Positions 62,944 to 64,000 of a stretch of DNA of 64,000 bases are shown in pieces. Both the position numbers and the translations under genes were made by a program. Each line of letters starts with the position of its first letter. Position 1 is the stretch's first letter. The notes under the pieces are model-generated. The model searched no databases. It worked only from the letters and a program-made list of their open reading frames with translations, and was not told the DNA's origin. The stretch is from Callorhinchus milii (taxonomy: Eukaryota): the NCBI RefSeq assembly GCF_018977255.1, contig NW_024704742.1, positions 52,082,001 through 52,146,000 of the forward strand. The letters run 5' to 3'.

Positions 62944-63055
62944 AACGCTCTGGGACTCTACCCCTCGTGAAGGGCATTATGTAACAACAACAACAACACA
63001 TTACATTTGTATAGCGCCTTTCACATCATGAGGATGTCCCAAGCTGCTGGACAGA
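62944..63055. mobile_element. Two L2 termini, tail to tail
   Basis: A plus terminus cgtgaagggcattat abuts (CAA)n followed by gcgcctttcacatcatgaggatgtcccaag. Confidence 0.7.
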
Positions 63056-64000
63056 CAGGGATCCTCACCTGACACTCCAGCAAATGTAAATTGTTGTTGT
63101 TTATTCTTTGCAAAATACTGATGGCAATAATACTTTTTCTTAAATCTTAAGAACAAAATATTATTCTATTAAAAATTCACAATGTTTAACACCAGAGTAA
63201 CAGCATAACAAATATTCCTGTGTAGTTAATGAAAATCCTCTTTCCTACTTTAATATTTTATAAGGAATATTGCAGTAAAACTGCGAATTCAGTACTACTC
63301 AGTTCATAAATGTTTGGAACGTTGCATAATGTCTGTTCCTAATTAGTAAGATACACACAGCGTATGGTATTCCCTTGTAACATTGAGCAAAACAAAACCC
63401 AATACCAGGTCAGTTCCAATCACATGACACAAAACCACTTGAGTTCAAAATATATGATTTTTCTTGCCAGCGCTTGCTGTCCATCATTTTCTGCTCTAAT
63501 TCCCTGTGTGCTGTGAACTAGCATTCCAATGTATGGTGCAGGCCTGCTTCAGGCCCAACCATTCCAACAGAGAAGAGAGAGGCGATTACGCGCCTTTAGT
63601 TATCAACAGGATGGAACTTTTCAATGAGGTGTTCATTAATAATGGCATGAATCAACAAATCATTTTACATAATTTACATTCCATGATTTCAACTGCAATT
63701 GTGCTGTGTGATCTGATGAGCAGTGACATCAGGTTAAAGAATAGCAGATGCTGTGGATACTATAGTCTTGGAACACACCACCCCTCTATTATAGACTATG
63801 CAGGGTACAGAGAGAAAGAAAGATTTTAGTTTGTCTAATTTTCAACGATTGCCTAAAGCTTATTTCTTCACCTGAACCTCTTGCCAGTCCCAATTTTGGC
63901 TACCTGAATTTCTGTATATGAAGCATGACCAACTCAGTTTCCTTTAGTGTTTTTGTGTTCCAATTAACTTGAACATCTGGTATCAATTTCTAGACTGCCA

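Noticed and set aside
63713..63740. Other CTGATGA motifs (also near 25753, 32429, 33243, 48160) as hammerheads or snoRNA boxes
   Set aside because: None is followed by stem II plus GAAA, and I see no terminal stem with a paired C/D box.

Overview
This is eukaryotic, AT-rich, repeat-dense non-coding DNA. The repeat mix (CR1 and L2 LINE fragments, Deu-domain tRNA SINEs, AmnSINE2-like and LF-SINE-like relics, a Penelope-type remnant) points to a cartilaginous fish, possibly a chimaera; this is inference. I found no host protein-coding exon I can support. Every recognisable ORF is a broken LINE ORF2 piece, so the window is probably a large intron or intergenic region. The largest element is a ~2.4 kb CR1 inserted into an L2 at 50.1-54.2 kb. 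The most interesting observations are: (1) a ~250 bp foldback element at 39.2 kb with a 15 bp target-site duplication (TSD) and a hammerhead-ribozyme-like core on each strand; (2) two loci with the same A...B-A'-B' templated inverted-copy architecture (0.5 kb and 61 kb); (3) an unclassified retroposon family with at least 6 copies and a terminal hairpin plus A-tail; (4) two SINE families with different heads on a shared Deu/L2-type 3' half. Family names come from my recollection of consensus sequences and were not checked against a database. Boundaries of old repeats are approximate.
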